A stretch of 63,817 nt of DNA, the filler included, from Octopus bimaculoides (lineage: Eukaryota): the NCBI RefSeq assembly GCF_001194135.2. It is 4 parts of 4 records of this genome, joined end to end, with 100 filler letters (N's around TTAATTAATTAA, not from the genome) between each part and the next. Parts side by side here need not be neighbours in the genome. Positions count along the whole stretch, not along the records: positions 46,863 to 61,610 come from NC_068983.1; positions 61,711 to 63,817 come from NW_026329264.1; 2 more parts are not named here. The stretch is one strand, 5' to 3'. The notes under the pieces are model-generated. The model was given only the letters and a program-made list of their open reading frames with translations, did not search any database and had not been told where the DNA came from. A program made the translations under genes and the position numbers. This document shows, piece after piece, positions 52,107 to 63,817 of the stretch; positions within the stretch are counted from its first letter, which is position 1; each line of letters opens with the position of its first letter.

Positions 52107-53394
52107 TCAGGTCATCTCATAAGTTCTGTCCGGATTTTGTATAAACAAAGCATGTGATCAAATGTTATATTTAATTGAAAATTAATCATCAATGTACTTT
52201 CCCTGATTATCTATGACTTCCTCACATCTATTTACAAGCTTTTTAATTCTATCAATGTAAAACTCTTTTGGCTTCAAAGCGAAGAACTCTGAAATGTCAG
52301 TTTCGGCCTCCTCCTGGCTTGCAAAAGTTATGTCTCCCAAATGATTCTGTAAACTACGAAACAAATGGTAGTCTGAAGGAGCAAGGTCGAGAGAATAAGG
52401 TGGATGAGGATTTTTTTCCCAACCAAGTTCTTCGATCTTCTGTGATGTGATCTTTGCAGTGTGGGGTCATGCATTGTCCCGACGAAACATCACTCCTTTT
52501 CGATTCACTAAAGCGGGTCTTTTTTTCTTCAAAGCATAGTTCAAACGCACTAATTGCTGACAGTAGACTTGATCATTGGTTGTTACATTAGGTGGTAACA
52601 ATTCAAAGTGAATTACTCCTTTGCAATCCCACCAGATAGAGGTAAGAACCATTTCCCCATGACTTTCCTTTCTCGGTTGTGGTTGAGCTTTTTCCCTTTT
52701 ACCAAGCTACTGTTTACAATGTTTAATATTTCGATAGAAGATCCATTTTTCGGCATCAGTCTTAAATCTATCCAAAAAGGCTGAAGTTAGTTCGCGAGAC
52801 TGGAGAGAAGAGCAGATGTCAACTCAGAATTTGAGGTTGCTTTCAGACAATTCATGAGGCACCCATTTTCCAAGTTTAGGAACCTTTCCAAGTTGTTGAA
52901 GATGACGATGAACAGTTGTATGTTTTGACCTAAGCTTCATTGCCAATTCTTCAACTGATAATACCGGATTTTCTTCAAGTAATGCCTCAAGGCGCTTATC
53001 ACCAAACTCAACAGGACGTCCTGTTCGATTTTCATCTTCACGGCTCAAATCTCCACTTCTGAATTTTGCAAACCATCTTCTGCAAGTTCTTTCATTCAAG
53101 CATTCATTCTCAAAAACTGAGTGTATGTTTCGAGTCGCTTTGGCTGCAGAGTTTCCTTTTTTTGAAATCATAAAGCATTACGTACTTCAAATGCTCTTTG
53201 GATGCTTCCATGTTAGATACGGTTTTAATCAAAGAAATTATTAATCTATTATTCTGTTACATAATATTTAATTAGTTTAAATCTACACAAATGCATAAAC
53301 ATAATTTTAATTCGACTAGACATTCTAAAATACTAGTAAATTTCATTCAATTATGAAAAAGATAAAATCAGACAGAAATTATGGGATGACATGA
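52107..53394 (-). mobile_element. Near full-length mariner (Tc1/mariner, DD34D) DNA transposon, ~1.29 kb
   Basis: ~30-bp TIRs: TCAGGTCATCTCATAAGTTCTGTCCGGATTTT at left, and reverse complement TCATGTCATCCCATAATTTCTGTCTGATTTT at right followed by TA. An internal transposase is present. Confidence 0.92.
52182..53211 (-). pseudogene. Inactivated mariner transposase
   Basis: MEASKEHLKYVMLYDFKK, then a +1 frameshift in an A7 run (53157-53163), then GNSAAKATRNI...WVPHEL...TDAEKW...YCQQL...DNA-(34 aa)-YSLDLAPSDYHLF. In-frame stops at 52824, 52707 and 52467. The first catalytic D appears mutated (expected TGDEKW, observed TDAEKW). Confidence 0.9.
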
Positions 53395-54736
53395 TATATG
53401 CATACATACACACATAAACACACACAGAAACATNNNNNNNNNNNNNNNNNNNNNNNNNNNNNNNNNNNNNNNNNNNNNNNNNNNNNNNNNNNNNNNNNNN
53501 NNNNNNNNNNNNNNNNNNNNNNNNNNNNNNNNNNNNNNNNNNNNNNNNNNNNNNNNNNNNNNNNNNNNNNNNNNNNNNNNNNNNNNNNNNNNNNNNNNNN
53601 NNNNNNNNNNNNNNNNNNNNNNNNNNNNNNNNNNNNNNNNNNNNNNNNNNNNNNNNNNNNNNNNNNNNNNNNNNNNNNNNNNNNNNNNNNNNNNNNNNNN
53701 NNNNNNNNNNNNNNNNNNNNNNNNNNNNNNNNNNNNNNNNNNNNNNNNNNNNNNNNNNNNNNNNNNNNNNNNNNNNNNNNNNNNNNNNNNNNNNNNNNNN
53801 NNNNNNNNNNNNNNNNNNNNNNNNNNNNNNNNNNNNNNNNNNNNNNNNNNNNNNNNNNNNNNNNNNNNNNNNNNNNNNNNNNNNNNNNNNNNNNNNNNNN
53901 NNNNNNNNNNNNNNNNNNNNNNNNNNNNNNNNNNNNNNNNNNNNNNNNNNNNNNNNNNNNNNNNNNNNNNNNNNNNNNNNNNNNNNNNNNNNNNNNNNNN
54001 NNNNNNNNNNNNNNNNNNNNNNNNNNTTCTTATGAAGATTTTATCTAAGGAATTCTCCATATTTGCTACGGAATTCTGGAATTCTCCCTACGATAAATTA
54101 TGTAAAGAAAGAAATTTTTTGGTAAGTTTCTATTCGTATTTATTGCGGAATTAGAACATTTTAAACAACTTTTTTACATCAATATCTTTAAATGAATAGA
54201 AGAGTTACTGTACATCAAAAATATAATTATCATTACATATTTTATACGTTATATCACAGTTTATAGGCTATCTAAGACCCTGATACTTAATTATATATCA
54301 TTATTATTATTATTGTATGTTACTATAACAGCGAAAGATAGTCTTAGACACAAAAGAGTCTGGATTGATATTATTTGAGATATATTGATATATATTTCAA
54401 TAGATTATAGTTACCTAATTATTTTTCCATTATAATTTTGTTGTTTTTTTAATTTTCAATGTAATTACTATGTAGTTGAATGGCTAACGCTCACGTTCAT
54501 AATACATAGGCACATATGCCAGTCCACTTATAAGTATGTGTTAATGACCCCGCACACAAATCTGTGTGTGTGTGTACACATATATTACACATTAAGATCC
54601 ACGCTCATACAAACATTCATCCACACACATGGATATACATTTGTATGCCTACATACACATACGTACGAAATATATATACAAACAAATACACAAATATATA
54701 AATATACATGCACACACACATATAAATACACGCATA

Positions 54737-54781
<45 letters not shown>

Positions 54782-55583
54782 NNNNNNNNNNNNNNNNNNN
54801 NNNNNNNNNNNNNNNNNNNNNNNNNNNNNNNNNNNNNNNNNNNNNNNNNNNNNNNNNNNNNNNNNNNNNNNNNNNNNNNNNNNNNNNNNNNNNNNNNNNN
54901 NNNNNNNNNNNNNNNNNNNNNNNNNNNNNNNNNNNNNNNNNNNNNNNNNNNNNNNNNNNNNNNNNNNNNNNNNNNNNNNNNNNNNNNNNNNNNNNNNNNN
55001 NNNNNNNNNNNNNNNNNNNNNNNNNNNNNNNNNNNNNNNNNNNNNNNNNNNNNNNNNNNNNNNNNNNNNNNNNNNNNNNNNNNNNNNNNNNNNNNNNNNN
55101 NNNNNNNNNNNNNNNNNNNNNNNNNNNNNNNNNNNNNNNNNNNNNNNNNNNNNNNNNNNNNNNNNNNNNNNNNNNNNNNNNNNNNNNNNNNNNNNNNNNN
55201 NNNNNNNNNNNNNNNNNNNNNNNNNNNNNNNNNNNNNNNNNNNNNNNNNNNNNNNNNNNNNNNNNNNNNNNNNNNNNNNNNNNNNNNNNNNNNNNNNNNN
55301 NNNNNNNNNNNNNNNNNNNNNNNNNNNNNNNNNNNNNNNNNNNNNNNNNNNNNNNNNNNNNNNNNNNNNNNNNNNNNNNNNNNNNNNNNNNNNNNNNNNN
55401 NNNNNNNNNNNNNNNNNNNNNNNNNNNNNNNNNNNNNNNNNNNNNNNNNNNNNNNNNNNNNNNNNNNNNNNNNNNNNNNNNNNNNNNNNNNNNNNNNNNN
55501 NNNNNNNNNNNNNNNNNNNNNNNNNNNNNNNNNNNNNNNNNNNNNNNNNNNNNNNNNNNNNNNNNNNNNNNNNNNNNNNNNNN

Positions 55584-55645
<62 letters not shown>

Positions 55646-55838
55646 TATATACATATATACATATATATATACACATGCATTTATCCATATTTGCACACAC
55701 CTTACACATATACGTATACACGCACATATACATATATATATATATATACACATATATACATATATACACATATACACATTTATACATACATTTATGCATA
55801 TATATATATATATATACACAAGCAGACACATATTTCGC

Positions 55839-55895
<57 letters not shown>

Positions 55896-56629
55896 TACAC
55901 ATGTCTACATAGATGTATAAAAATGCACAAACACATACACACATGTCTTCACACACACACATATAAATAGTATAGATGCACATATACATCCATACATACA
56001 CTTACATATAAAAACTAACATATTCATGTCCTAATACATGTACATATATACACATACATTCACGCACATATATTCACAGGCATATATCTACATATATATC
56101 TATACGTATATTTATGTATATTCAAATATATCTCTACAAATATGCACGCACATATATACATGTATTTGCAGCTTACACACACAGCGCCGCGTATACGTGT
56201 ACATACATATATTCAAGCATATATACATATATGTGTGTATACAATTGGTATTAATATGCTGTTAAGAATATGTTAACGTGCTTATTAATGCAAGGTAATT
56301 TTGGAACAATAGTCAAACAGTCATGAATGTTGTCAAGTGCGCATGTTCAAATGTATGAATAATAGTCAAGCAGTTATTAATGTTACCAAGAGTGTATGTT
56401 CAAATGTTGAAGGAAGGTTACTAATGATATGAAAGGTGGTTATTTAATTGAAGTAATGGTTGCAAAATTATGTTAAATTTAGGTGAATCGGATGATATTA
56501 ATATTATTGGTAGTATAATTAAGTGAGAGTTAGGGAGGGAGGTAATTTATACCAGTAGAGCTAACGAGTTAAAGTGATTATACAAATATTTCAGTGAGAG
56601 TGATATGCCAATTACTTATATTTAGAAAA

Positions 56630-57430
56630 TACATATTTTCCTGCGTGAACAGAAGAAATGTTTTTCTCATTTCTTAAGTTAAGTAGAGTATTCCTAGATA
56701 TAATGATGAAGAACCCTTCGTGATATAAAGATGACATGCTTTGTTGTAAACTTTATAAGCCGGTGCGGAGGCAATGATATCTCACTTAATTTTAAATTCA
56801 ATATTATTATCTTTTAATTCCCATATCAATTTACTTAATCCAGTGGAGCTGGTTTTCTGATTATTCTTAAAAGTTTGGAGATGGTTAGCCATCCCAATCT
56901 TAACCTTATTATCAGTCGAGCCTATATAAAAATACCTTTTACCCTGAGCTATAAAGTGCATTGATATACTACATTTTTTTTACTTTAACATGAATTCTTA
57001 AGTTTGAAATTAGTTTTAACTCCGCAGTCAAAATTTTCATAACTATTGTTTTGTGAGAATCTATAAGAAAAATTGGTATTACTTGCGCTAGTATGGCCTA
57101 TTATGGTTTCATTATTGGGATTTATATGAGCATTATTATTAGGGTTATTGGTGTTTGGGAGATATAATTTCTGTTTGGGGGAATTAGTAGAATTATTGTT
57201 ATGGGCGTTTCTACTGGTGTAGAATTTATTCAATTTTCTTTTGTGAATTGATGATATAATTGTAAATAATTTATGAGTTAGGCTAAAACCAATCTTGACA
57301 GTTTTGTGGTTTATGATTTCACTGTATCAATGTTAAAGTATTTATGAATGGTTTTAAATATAGATTTGTTGTTATTTTTAATCTCTATTGCATAAGTAAT
57401 AATTAACCAAATGTTATTAGATTTTTCAGG
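56630..57430 (-). mobile_element. Penelope-like element relic: RT-endonuclease linker plus GIY-YIG endonuclease
   Basis: TVKIGFSLTHKLFTIISSIHKRKLN (~57220-57300); VVYQC...YFYIGSTDNKVKIGMANHLQTFKNNQKTSSTGLSKLIWELKDNNIEFKIK*DIIASAPAYK...ACHL...LLNLRNE (56640-56980). Confidence 0.82.
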
Positions 57431-60400
57431 GTGATTGTGATTTACAGGTATTTTATAATCCCTTTTAAATTTTCAGAGTTAATGAGATAAGTATCTGGTT
57501 AAATATTCTTATTAATCAGAGTATTACGTGGATTAGAAGTGGTGCTGGTTTTGGAGGTGATTAATTGATTATTCATATCAATATGTTTATTATGTATATT
57601 TGTATCATTGTGCGGATCATTATAATTGTATATTGATTATTCTTTATTTATCTTTAGTTTATGAGACAATCTAATATTGTTTTTTTCTAAAATTACGTTT
57701 ACTAGTATTAGATTGATGTGAAATGATAGTTTATTTTATTCCTGTATCCAGCGTTTGCAAGACCTATGTTGTAGTGGCCCGTGAAGATAAATAGGTAAGT
57801 TTCTTACCAATGCTAGAATGCATTTCTTCGATAGATACACACACGCGCACACACATATATGGTCCGTATCCATATATGCATATATATATATATAAATATA
57901 TATATATATATGCATATATATACTATTTATAATCATATATAGAAAGATATATACACACATAGATATATGTGTGTATGTATGCGTATATATATACGATATA
58001 TATACATACATATATATATATATATATATATGCATGCACACATATATTCATATAGATATACAGCTAAATATGATTCTAAATTTACAACTTCAAATAATAA
58101 CAGTTTACATGCTATGACAGGACTAGCCATGAGCAACTGAGCAACAAGACTGGAAATGAAGAAAATAGTTAATATTATCTGAAAGAATACGTAAGTAGGT
58201 TTTGATTTATTTGTGGTGGAAATTAATTAAACGACGATCAGAATCAAACAATTAAAGATAATGAAATAAATTAAAATTAAACAAAAATTTATAGTAATGA
58301 CTGAAGTATTTATGTGACATATTAATGAGATGATATGTTTTATTTATTTTTGGATAAATGCGTTTACAAAATAATAAAAAAGAAATAATCATTTAAAAAA
58401 AGTCAAACGCAAGTCTGATAAAAACCGATGGAAGATAAATGATAATTATAACAATTCAACAGAGTGGAAGAAAGTGAGTTATCACCAGCATCTTAGGGGT
58501 AGTGATTGTCAGTAGGAATTAAGACAATCAAAATCATTAAAATTGAAATCAATCAGTATATTATAATTGAAGAATGAAGCAAAGCGAGATATTTTTGTGC
58601 TTCTAGTCTTAGAAAGAACGGTAACTACAAAACTGCCTGTAGGCATTGAAAAATGTTAGTCTGTCAAAACCACCAAACTGGTTTTCTTCATAATAACATT
58701 TTGGCTTGCTTCCTATGATTTTTTTTTATTTTTCTTCCGTGAGCGTGCGCGTGTGTGTGTGCGCGCACGCGCGAGAATTTCTCTATACTGTGTAAAATTT
58801 ATAAACTCAGCTGCAATTGCATTCTTTTTTTTTAGGGATTTGCTGGTATACATATTAATAACTTACTCGACACACACTTTCCTATATCTATTGTTTTTAT
58901 TGAATGGTCTTCTTGCTAATATATTTTAATTATTTTTTGCAAAAATGTTTTATGATGCGGTGAATCGCAGTTGAATACTGAACGAGACTCTCCGGTAATC
59001 GTAACCATCCTGCGTATGATTTGTATTTTTTTTTTCTGCTTGCATTTCAGGAAGTGTTTACAAAGTCGAACCCACAATACTCCCTCTATGTGGGTGCTCT
59101 GCTTTGATAAAATTTCAACCAGATTTTCCAAAAAAAAAAAGACCCCGACCTTTTAAGAGGAAAATACACATTGAAAAATATAGTGCTAGAAACCATAATA
59201 ATAAGCATGGGATTGTTTCTTGTTACATGTTTAAGTGAACGAGAATGATATATGATAAAATATTATTTAGGGCTAGTTTCCTACGTGCAAAATATGAGCA
59301 CGCCAGTTTAAGGATCAGTCTTAGTTTTCTCTTTCCCCTCTTCATATTACATTGAAATATTTGAATATCAGTATCTGTGCTAGTGCTAAGCACCGTTACA
59401 TTTATCACCTTTAATCCATCCGTTACTCATTCTCAGGTCCCTTGTCAATGTTATATAACATTACTTTGTCATACCGAGATGACATACCTGTTTCAGTAGG
59501 CTACAATATTCAGTTTCATCTTTCCGTGTACCTAGTTCAAACATCTCAGACCCTTTGCATTTCATCCTATATATATATATAGTAAGCTACAATCTTTTTC
59601 TGTAAGATACGTGACTGACATATACTTAACATATATATGTATGTATAGAAAGTCACTGCTCTTATTTTGCAAAGAGAATAGAATGTGTGTATAATTTATA
59701 GTAAGATGAAAGTATTAAATGCCTACTGCACTAGTGATTTTACGTACTTAGTAGACGTATGAGCGCAAATATATAACTTTCCTTCCTACTGAATCAAACG
59801 TTATCTATAATATTTTTTGCGTTTTACTAGAGTCTATAGAAAATATTATTGAATTGTGCAGGATGACGTGTGGACTGCCGTCATAGTGCATCCTTTTATC
59901 TTATATAGAATAAATATACCCTCACCCAAAATAAATATCTTCTAACCTGAGAGACAAAATTCAAATTCTTTGGTCAATAACTAAGTAAAATATTTTATCA
60001 TGTCTAAATTAAAATGGCTGAGATGAAGCACTTTATTACAGAGTATATTCTGTACGCGTTATAAGAAAGAAATGTTATTAATTTATTCTCACATCTAACA
60101 TTTACTGGTTAGGTTAATCAATTCCAGCAATTTCAGGTGACGATTTGATAGGAATTCAAACATAGTCTCTATTGTTATGAAGCAAAACTATCCCTTCAAG
60201 TTTGGAGATACCAGGAATGTCTTATCGATTCTCAAATAAATACTTAAAATTTCAATTCAGTTCGAGTTGATATAGTTATATGGACACGTCAGTTCTGTTT
60301 TAGAATATCTACTGTAGAAATGTAAAGATATTTGTGGAGTATAAAACGTACACCCACACAACACCAACTATATCATGTGCCTTAACGTTAAGATTGCATG

Positions 60401-61573
60401 ATATATTTTAACTTTTGAAAAAAATGGTTGAAGTGATAATATCAGGCCCTTCAATGCATTTATTTCGTTTCATTATTCTGTGTAGTATTTTTAACAATAT
60501 CAGAAAGCATCTTTGTATGGAAAGAATAAAACAAATAGTTACTAAGTATAAATAAAGCATTTGAAACTTTATGAATTAAAATATACGATTTCTTTGTTTT
60601 CAGTAAAAAAAAGTTTCTGCATATATACGAAGTGTCCATGAAAGGAAGTAAAAATGTTATTCGTTTAAGAATCATGAGGATGTGTTTCATTGTTCAATCA
60701 TCAAAAAACTAAAAACAACAACATTGAAAATAACCATAAAAAAATAATGATATATATGTAAGGCAATCTTAAAATAAAATTATACTCATTTTGTGTGTTT
60801 TTGCAATTATAAACTATAAATTAAAGTTCTGTATTCTTTGTCAGGCATCTCATCTTCAAAGTTCAGTAAAAATTGATGGTGTCAAAGAGTTACTGGCCAC
60901 ATATATTCAACGTTAATTTTTCTTCATCAATAAAGTCTTGCTAGAAGAAATATCAACAAAAACCAACAATCAGTACAATCGTTGAAATGTAGAAATATTC
61001 TTTTGAAAATGCTTGCAATTTCTTTGCCTTAATTTCCGGAATCAGTATATTTCTCATGACTTGAAAGACACACAATTATAAAATCTTATGAATATTATTC
61101 GCGGAACAATTTCCGAACAGAGTAATGAGATCTGCGACCGCATTTATTTATTTGTTTTCTCTAATTACATAACATTTTTTAAACATTTATATATAAATAA
61201 ATTTTTATATAAGCCTTACAACAACACAGGCATGTACACACGTACACCACTCCTTCTCACTCTCCCTCTCTAAAGATGTGTGTGTGTGTGTTTGTGTGTA
61301 TGTGTGTATGTGCACAGGTGCGATTATGAATATGTGTCTGTTTATATTATATGTAAGAAATATATGTGGGTGCGTAAGAAAATATGCATGCATTTTTATG
61401 GCTGCAGGGGAAGCTGTGTTATAAGATTCCTGGTTTCGGTTTCAGTTCTACTGCATCATTTTGAGCAAGTATCTTCTACTCTAAACCCGGACCGACACAG
61501 ATATTGAATGGTTTTGGCATCCGGAAACTGAAAGAAACCCATCTTGCAGACACAGACACACACACACACACAT

Positions 61574-61610
<37 letters not shown>

Positions 61611-61710
61611 NNNNNNNNNNNNNNNNNNNNNNNNNNNNNNNNNNNNNNNNNNNNTTAATTAATTAANNNNNNNNNNNNNNNNNNNNNNNNNNNNNNNNNN
61701 NNNNNNNNNN
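61611..61710. other. Assembly join marker: 44 N + TTAATTAATTAA + 44 N
   Basis: Same structure as 29080-29179. Confidence 0.9.
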
Positions 61711-61757
<47 letters not shown>

Positions 61758-61982
61758 GCGGGAAATTTCCAGTCAGCTGGGGGTATCACAGGTGTACTAA
61801 CTGTATAAATAATATCATTCCGCTTGCAGATTATCTGTAAACATCATAAACATTCCAGAAATGACATCTGTTGGAAGGTGAATGTCTAGAAATAAATAAA
61901 CATATCGGCAGGCTCTATGCATGTATATGCATATATACATGTGTGTATATGTGTACGTGTGTGAGTGTGCGTACGTATATAA

Positions 61983-62022
<40 letters not shown>

Positions 62023-62989
62023 NNNNNNNNNNNNNNNNNNNNNNNNNNNNNNNNNNNNNNNNNNNNNNNNNNNNNNNNNNNNNNNNNNNNNNNNNNNNNN
62101 NNNNNNNNNNNNNNNNNNNNNNNNNNNNNNNNNNNNNNNNNNNNNNNNNNNNNNNNNNNNNNNNNNNNNNNNNNNNNNNNNNNNNNNNNNNNNNNNNNNN
62201 NNNNNNNNNNNNNNNNNNNNNNNNNNNNNNNNNNNNNNNNNNNNNNNNNNNNNNNNNNNNNNNNNNNNNNNNNNNNNNNNNNNNNNNNNNNNNNNNNNNN
62301 NNNNNNNNNNNNNNNNNNNNNNNNNNNNNNNNNNNNNNNNNNNNNNNNNNNNNNNNNNNNNNNNNNNNNNNNNNNNNNNNNNNNNNNNNNNNNNNNNNNN
62401 NNNNNNNNNNNNNNNNNNNNNNNNNNNNNNNNNNNNNNNNNNNNNNNNNNNNNNNNNNNNNNNNNNNNNNNNNNNNNNNNNNNNNNNNNNNNNNNNNNNN
62501 NNNNNNNNNNNNNNNNNNNNNNNNNNNNNNNNNNNNNNNNNNNNNNNNNNNNNNNNNNNNNNNNNNNNNNNNNNNNNNNNNNNNNNNNNNNNNNNNNNNN
62601 NNNNNNNNNNNNNNNNNNNNNNNNNNNNNNNNNNNNNNNNNNNNNNNNNNNNNNNNNNNNNNNNNNNNNNNNNNNNNNNNNNNNNNNNNNNNNNNNNNNN
62701 NNNNNNNNNNNNNNNNNNNNNNNNNNNNNNNNNNNNNNNNNNNNNNNNNNNNNNNNNNNNNNNNNNNNNNNNNNNNNNNNNNNNNNNNNNNNNNNNNNNN
62801 NNNNNNNNNNNNNNNNNNNNNNNNNNNNNNNNNNNNNNNNNNNNNNNNNNNNNNNNNNNNNNNNNNNNNNNNNNNNNNNNNNNNNNNNNNNNNNNNNNNN
62901 NNNNNNNNNNNNNNNNNNNNNNNNNNNNNNNNNNNNNNNNNNNNNNNNNNNNNNNNNNNNNNNNNNNNNNNNNNNNNNNNNNNNNNNNN

Positions 62990-63065
62990 AAAGAGACGTC
63001 GATATTATGTAAATAGAGGAATTTATTTGTGAAAATATGTGACATTTATTCGGCAGCCATGACGT
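62990..63065 (-). mobile_element. Terminal fragment of the same repeat family as 46900-46975
   Basis: AAGAGACGTCGATATTATGTAAATAGAGGAATTTATTTGTGAAAATATGTGACATTTAT is highly similar to 46910-46970. Confidence 0.7.
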
Positions 63066-63817
63066 TACCAATTCCAAATACGCTTGAGGCATATTCGAGC
63101 CCGTAAGAAAGACATCCACTCTGTTTTTTTTTGTGGGGGGGGGGGTTATCTCGGTGGCAATTTCTCGCTGTAGATAAAAGGATGCAAACACACTGTGTTC
63201 GCTTACAGCATCTCCTAACGAGACTCTGGGATGCATGCATTTCGGTTTGGTTCTCTCTTCTTCGGCTACAGACAACAGACAGACAGGCAGATATTGCCAA
63301 CTGACATGAGATTCACGTGCCTCCTATGGTATTCCTGTCATCTCTCCGTCTGTCTCCTCAGTGAATTTTCATGAGTGAGAGTGAAGAAAATGACAAAGCG
63401 AAATTAGCCTACACTAACTATCCGGCGGGCGCCCTTTGGCATGAACTTTCAAACAGCATTTGAATTGGGTGTGAGGGTTGTATGGCGTTGCGTGTATTGG
63501 GTTCTTCCAATCTCTTTGGTCATTACTCTTTGGTCGCTACTACTCCCATACTGGCGTCTTTCTTTTCATACTCTTTACATTATGTATTATTTGATATATA
63601 TTTCTACCAATTTATAAGGGCGAAGTATCGAGTGAACCCTTAGTTCGTCGGACAAAATGCTTTGCGTATTTGTCCCTATTCTTTACATTCCGATTTTCAA
63701 GCTTCACCGAAGATTCGTGCAATTATTAAGAAGCAATTATTATCTCTTTATTATGGTAACTTTATTGTTTTATTATTTCTATATGTATAAAGCAGCGATC
63801 TGACAGAGACGTTAGGA

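Larger units (their letters stand above)
50450..54480 (-). mobile_element. Possible fragmented Penelope-like element, interrupted by microsatellites, a gap and the mariner
   Basis: AT-rich linker-like segment at 54030-54480, very weak endonuclease-like segment at 51130-51400, hammerhead-like core at 50638-50708. Continuity of these pieces is inferred. Confidence 0.35.

Noticed and set aside
59488-59566. Possible 79-nt minus-strand exon (AG|G...ACAG|GTATGT; open frame MKCKGSEMFELGTRKDETEYCSLLKQ)
   Set aside because: The acceptor is preceded by (TA)n rather than a pyrimidine tract, and there are no partner exons or recognisable homology.

Overview
AT-rich, gap-ridden animal genomic DNA packed with microsatellites and SINEs. 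The repeat landscape looks like an octopod cephalopod (inference). Only one host coding segment is supported: the first coding exon of a FoxJ2/3 forkhead transcription factor on the minus strand (13054-13821). It encodes the conserved 'LESSLTxMDWLPxL' motif, a ~190-aa H/P/G/N/Q low-complexity linker and the N-terminal half of the forkhead domain, and ends at a GTAAGT donor. The rest of the gene is not visible in the window. Upstream lie an ~870-nt triplet-rich leader containing a 231-codon same-strand uORF, and two donor-like elements sharing a 16-nt motif (15.75 kb and 29.2 kb); the second sits beside a CACGTG/CCAAT/octamer cluster. The rest of what I could identify is mobile DNA: a near full-length decayed mariner (DD34D), a second mariner fragment, a mariner MITE and hAT MITEs with TSDs, remnants of Helitron, HERO-like, RTE, CR1/L2-like and Tx1-like elements, three tRNA-derived SINE families, and several Penelope-like (GIY-YIG) relics. 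The most interesting non-coding signal is a set of minimal type-I hammerhead ribozyme motifs: one well formed at 22.9 kb, an inverted pair at 20.0 kb, and degenerate copies at 47.0 and 50.7 kb. There is also a 66-bp fold-back Penelope-end insertion with a 12-bp TSD. Three TTAATTAATTAA islands inside N runs are assembly linkers. Almost all other ORFs in the track are microsatellite or gap artefacts.
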